A stretch of DNA of 37,617 nt from an uncultured Rikenellaceae bacterium (lineage in GTDB: Bacteria; Bacteroidota; Bacteroidia; Bacteroidales; VadinHA17), in contig CAYOFK010000005.1 in the NCBI GenBank assembly GCA_964403185.1, forward strand, positions 1 through 37,617, given 5' to 3'. Under the pieces are notes generated by a model, which worked only from the letters and a program-made list of their open reading frames with translations, did no database searches and was not told the DNA's origin. Positions 35,158 to 37,617 of this stretch are shown piece after piece. Position numbers and translations under genes: made by a program. Within the stretch, counting starts at the first letter, position 1; every line of letters starts with the position of its first letter.

Positions 35158-35916
35158 ATGAAGATCACATTCTTAGGGACAGGAACATCCCAGGGAGTTC
35201 CTATTATCGGATGCAAATGCAAAGTGTGTATTTCATCAGATCCAAGAGACAACAGACTGAGAACCTCTGTGCTGTTAAGAACCGAAAGCAAAACTATGAT
35301 TATTGATACCGGACCTGATTTTCGGTATCAGATGCTTCGCGAACAGGTATTAAACCTTGATGCCATACTGTACACCCATCCCCACAGGGACCATATAGCC
35401 GGCCTTGATGATGTTCGGGCATTAAACTTTATTCATCGTAAATATATGGAAATCTACGCCGAAGAATCTGTACTGAATGAGATCCGGGTAAATTTTTCCT
35501 ATGCCTTTTCAGATGTGTATGCCGGCAGGCCCAGGTTAAATATGAACAACATAACAAACCGTCCCTTTTGTATTGATGATCTTGAGGTCGTCCCCGTCAG
35601 AATGATGCACGATGCCCTGCCCATACTAGGATTCAGAATCCATGATGTATGTTATTTAACCGATGCCAGTTCAATAAGTAAAGAAGAAAAGAAAAAAATA
35701 AAAAACTCAAAGATCCTGATAGTGAATGCCTTGCGAAAGCAAAGGCATCCCACCCACTTCAACCTGGAACAGGCATTGTATCTGATCCGCGAAATGGACC
35801 CTGACAGGGCCTACCTGACCCATATCAGTCACCAGATGGGCCTGCATCATGAGGTTTCTGAAGAACTCCCTGAAAATGTATTCCTGGCTTTTGATGGATT
35901 ATCAATAGATGTTTAG
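35158..35916 (+). CDS. MBL-fold metallo-hydrolase (PhnP-like phosphodiesterase type)
   Basis: 252 aa. MKITFLGTGTSQGVPIIGCKCKVC (the Cys cluster is typical of PhnP-like proteins) and YTHPHRDHIAGLDD (HxHxDH). Confidence 0.8.
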   Translation: MKITFLGTGTSQGVPIIGCKCKVCISSDPRDNRLRTSVLLRTESKTMIIDTGPDFRYQMLREQVLNLDAILYTHPHRDHIAGLDDVRALNFIHRKYMEIYAEESVLNEIRVNFSYAFSDVYAGRPRLNMNNITNRPFCIDDLEVVPVRMMHDALPILGFRIHDVCYLTDASSISKEEKKKIKNSKILIVNALRKQRHPTHFNLEQALYLIREMDPDRAYLTHISHQMGLHHEVSEELPENVFLAFDGLSIDV

Positions 35917-36010
35917 ATTTCTTATGGTCTATAGCATATGGATTGACTTGTAGAACTGTCCGGAATAATATAAATTAGTCTTTTGTATCAAAAATTATAA
36001 AATCAATTTT

Positions 36011-37195
36011 ATGGAAAATAAAGAGGTTTATATTGTATCTGCAGGACGTACTGCAGTGGGCAGTTTCATGGGCAGTCTCTCATCTGTAAGTGCACCGAAA
36101 TTAGGTGCGGCTGTTATCAAAGAAGTTGTGAACCGTTCCGGTCTGAAACCTGATGATGTGGATGAAGTATTTATGGGCAATGTTCTCTCTGCAAGCCTGG
36201 GCCAGGCCCCTGCAAGGCAGGCTGCAATATATGCAGGATTACCAAACTCGGTTCCCTGTACCACCGTTAACAAGGTCTGTGCATCGGGTATGAAGGCCCT
36301 GATGATTGGCAGCCAGAGCATCATGCTGGGGGATAATAAAATTGTGGTTGCAGGGGGTATGGAAAACATGTCAAACGTTCCTTTCTACATTGATAATTAC
36401 CGGACCGGGAACAAATTGGGACACCGAGAACTGACTGATGGCATGATCAAAGACGGGCTGTGGGATGTGTATAACGATTACCATATGGGAAATGCGGCCG
36501 AACTTTGTGCTCTGGAAAAGAGTATCAGTCGGGAAGAACAGGATACTTTTGCAGTAAAATCATACAGGCTCTCAGCCGCGTCCACGGAAAACGGACTGTT
36601 TAAGGATGAAATCATCCCCGTTGAAATCCCTCAGAGAAAGGGAGATCCCCTGGTGGTTGATGCGGATGAGGAATACACCAGGACAAACTTTGATAAGATC
36701 CCGGCACTGCGGCCCGTATTCCAGAAAGATGGTACGGTGACTGCCGCAAATGCCTCCACTATTAATGATGGAGCAGCCGCCCTGATTCTGACGGATGGGG
36801 TAACTGTGAAAGAAAAAGGACTTAAACCCCTGGCACGGGTGATTGGTTATGCCGATGCGGCTCAGGCACCTGAATGGTTTACTACCACACCAGTTTTGGC
36901 AGTCCGGAAAGTTCTTGATAAGTCGGGCCTGAAGCAGGACGATATTGACTTTTTTGAGATCAACGAAGCTTTCGCTGTTGTAGTCCTGGCCGCCATTAAA
37001 GAACTGGGCCTGGATCCGGAAACCGTCAATGTGAATGGGGGAGGGGTGTCCCTGGGCCATCCCATTGGTGCCTCAGGTGCCCGGATCATTGTGAGCCTCA
37101 TACACGTCCTGAAGCAAAGGAAAGGCCGTTATGGCCTGGCTACCCTCTGCAATGGTGGCGGTGGCGCCTCTGCTGTGATCATTGAAAATCTTTAG
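36011..37195 (+). CDS. Acetyl-CoA C-acetyltransferase (thiolase II)
   Basis: 394 aa. VYIVSAGRTAVGSFMG, the TTVNKVCASGMKALM active-site Cys block, INEAFAVV, NVNGGGVSLGHPIGASGARI, and the second catalytic Cys in GLATLCNGGGGASAVIIE. Confidence 0.95.
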   Translation: MENKEVYIVSAGRTAVGSFMGSLSSVSAPKLGAAVIKEVVNRSGLKPDDVDEVFMGNVLSASLGQAPARQAAIYAGLPNSVPCTTVNKVCASGMKALMIGSQSIMLGDNKIVVAGGMENMSNVPFYIDNYRTGNKLGHRELTDGMIKDGLWDVYNDYHMGNAAELCALEKSISREEQDTFAVKSYRLSAASTENGLFKDEIIPVEIPQRKGDPLVVDADEEYTRTNFDKIPALRPVFQKDGTVTAANASTINDGAAALILTDGVTVKEKGLKPLARVIGYADAAQAPEWFTTTPVLAVRKVLDKSGLKQDDIDFFEINEAFAVVVLAAIKELGLDPETVNVNGGGVSLGHPIGASGARIIVSLIHVLKQRKGRYGLATLCNGGGGASAVIIENL

Positions 37196-37212
37196 TCGAT
37201 AAAACGAATTAA

Positions 37213-37260
37213 GACCTTCGAGGTTTTCAAAACCTCGCAGGTTTTGACAAGCTCGAAGGG
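37213..37260. repeat. Palindromic element downstream of the thiolase gene with two mutually exclusive hairpins
   Basis: The sequence is gaccttcgaggttttcaaaacctcgcaggttttgacaagctcgaagggt. The outer pairing is ccttcgag (37215-22) / ctcgaagg (37252-59). The inner hairpin aaaacct-cgc-aggtttt (37229-45) competes with the 9-bp palindrome cgaggtttt-c-aaaacctcg (37219-37). The left arm resembles the gaccttccag repeat arm. Confidence 0.5.
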
Positions 37261-37395
37261 TTAATGTTCCTTCCCTAAGATCTCTTACGATACCCGGGAA
37301 CCCATTTAATAACTAACCCGTTGTGCTATTAAGAAGCCAACGCTAACTAATAGAATTTCAATCCATTTGCTCTTCATATTTAGAATCCTTTTAAT

Positions 37396-37617
37396 ATGAC
37401 CATCATTGAACAGATAATTGCCAACCATTCCGGCAGGGATCATGTGGCCCCCGGAGATATTATCGATGTGGAAATTGATGCCCGTGTAGCCCGCGATTTT
37501 GGCGGTCCGAATGTAGTCAAACACATGAGGGAAAATAACCTCAGCATCCATGATCCCTCCAGGACTTTTTTCACATTTGATACCAACCCAACCGGATCAG
37601 ACCAGAAATATGCCGCC
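37396..37617 (+). CDS. Aconitase / 3-isopropylmalate-dehydratase large-subunit family protein; 5' fragment running off the window end
   Basis: This ORF is not in the supplied track because it has no stop. ATG 37396 follows an in-frame TAG at 37381, and 74 codons stay open to 37617: MTIIEQIIANHSGRDHVAPGDIIDVEIDARVARDFGGPNVV...DPSRTFFTFDTNPTG. It parallels the archaeal-type LeuC/HacA N-terminus (MT..EKIL....V.PGD.I.V.VD....D.TGP......DP.K....FDH..P). Confidence 0.55.
   Translation, partial: MTIIEQIIANHSGRDHVAPGDIIDVEIDARVARDFGGPNVVKHMRENNLSIHDPSRTFFTFDTNPTGSDQKYAA

Noticed and set aside
35076-35306. 76-aa ORF overlapping the start of the MBL-fold gene
   Set aside because: It is out of frame with the well-supported MBL CDS (MKITFLGTGTSQGVP from ATG 35158), has no motifs, and partly covers a ttttaaagatggt repeat word.
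37306-37551. 81-aa minus-strand ORF at the window end
   Set aside because: The opposite strand carries an open frame from ATG 37396 to the window edge with clear aconitase-family N-terminal similarity. The minus-strand ORF is its shadow.
1-37617. Mobile genetic element, prophage, defence island or toxin-antitoxin content
   Set aside because: No integrase, transposase, recombinase, phage structural, restriction-modification, nuclease/helicase defence-type or toxin-like ORF was recognisable on either strand. Apart from the glycan locus, the genes are conserved housekeeping types.

Overview
The window looks like a Bacteroidota chromosome segment: a SusC/SusD pair, many lipoprotein-type signal peptides, TAnnTTTG-type -7 promoter boxes and no Shine-Dalgarno sites. 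No search tools were run, so every family call rests on motifs read from the translated ORFs.

Positions 1-21240 hold a ten-gene, single-strand polysaccharide-utilisation-type locus. In order it encodes a SASA-family O-acetylesterase, GH9, a metallophosphoesterase, a GH18 chitinase-like enzyme, a CBM9/DOMON-like lipoprotein, an MFS sugar porter, an 889-aa multidomain TIM-barrel-like protein of unassigned family, GH92 alpha-mannosidase, SusC-like and SusD-like.

Four of the enzymes, from four different catalytic families, end in the same ~150-aa discoidin-like module. In three of them a chitobiase-C-like beta-sandwich precedes it.

Every larger intergenic gap in the locus holds copies of a mosaic palindromic repeat family with a ~33-nt GACCTTCCAG...CTGGAAGTGT hairpin core. 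Related words recur across the rest of the window.

Positions 21243-37617 are mostly housekeeping genes:
- an orphan FtsX/MacB-type permease preceded by a small PH/GRAM-like gene
- a YbaK/ProX-type deacylase
- TPR-ribH, recF-DUF721, ndk and nrnA
- two FKBP isomerases
- a 1079-aa BNR/sortilin-like protein
- an RsmI-like methylase and a PhnP-like MBL hydrolase
- a thiolase and a partial aconitase-family gene

No rRNA or tRNA gene, CRISPR array, transposase, integrase or recognisable defence or toxin genes were seen.

The points most worth follow-up are the shared C-terminal binding cassette, the unassigned 889-aa enzyme, the phosphoesterase-lectin fusion, the repeat family, and a strongly structured 500-nt non-coding gap at 24617-25116.
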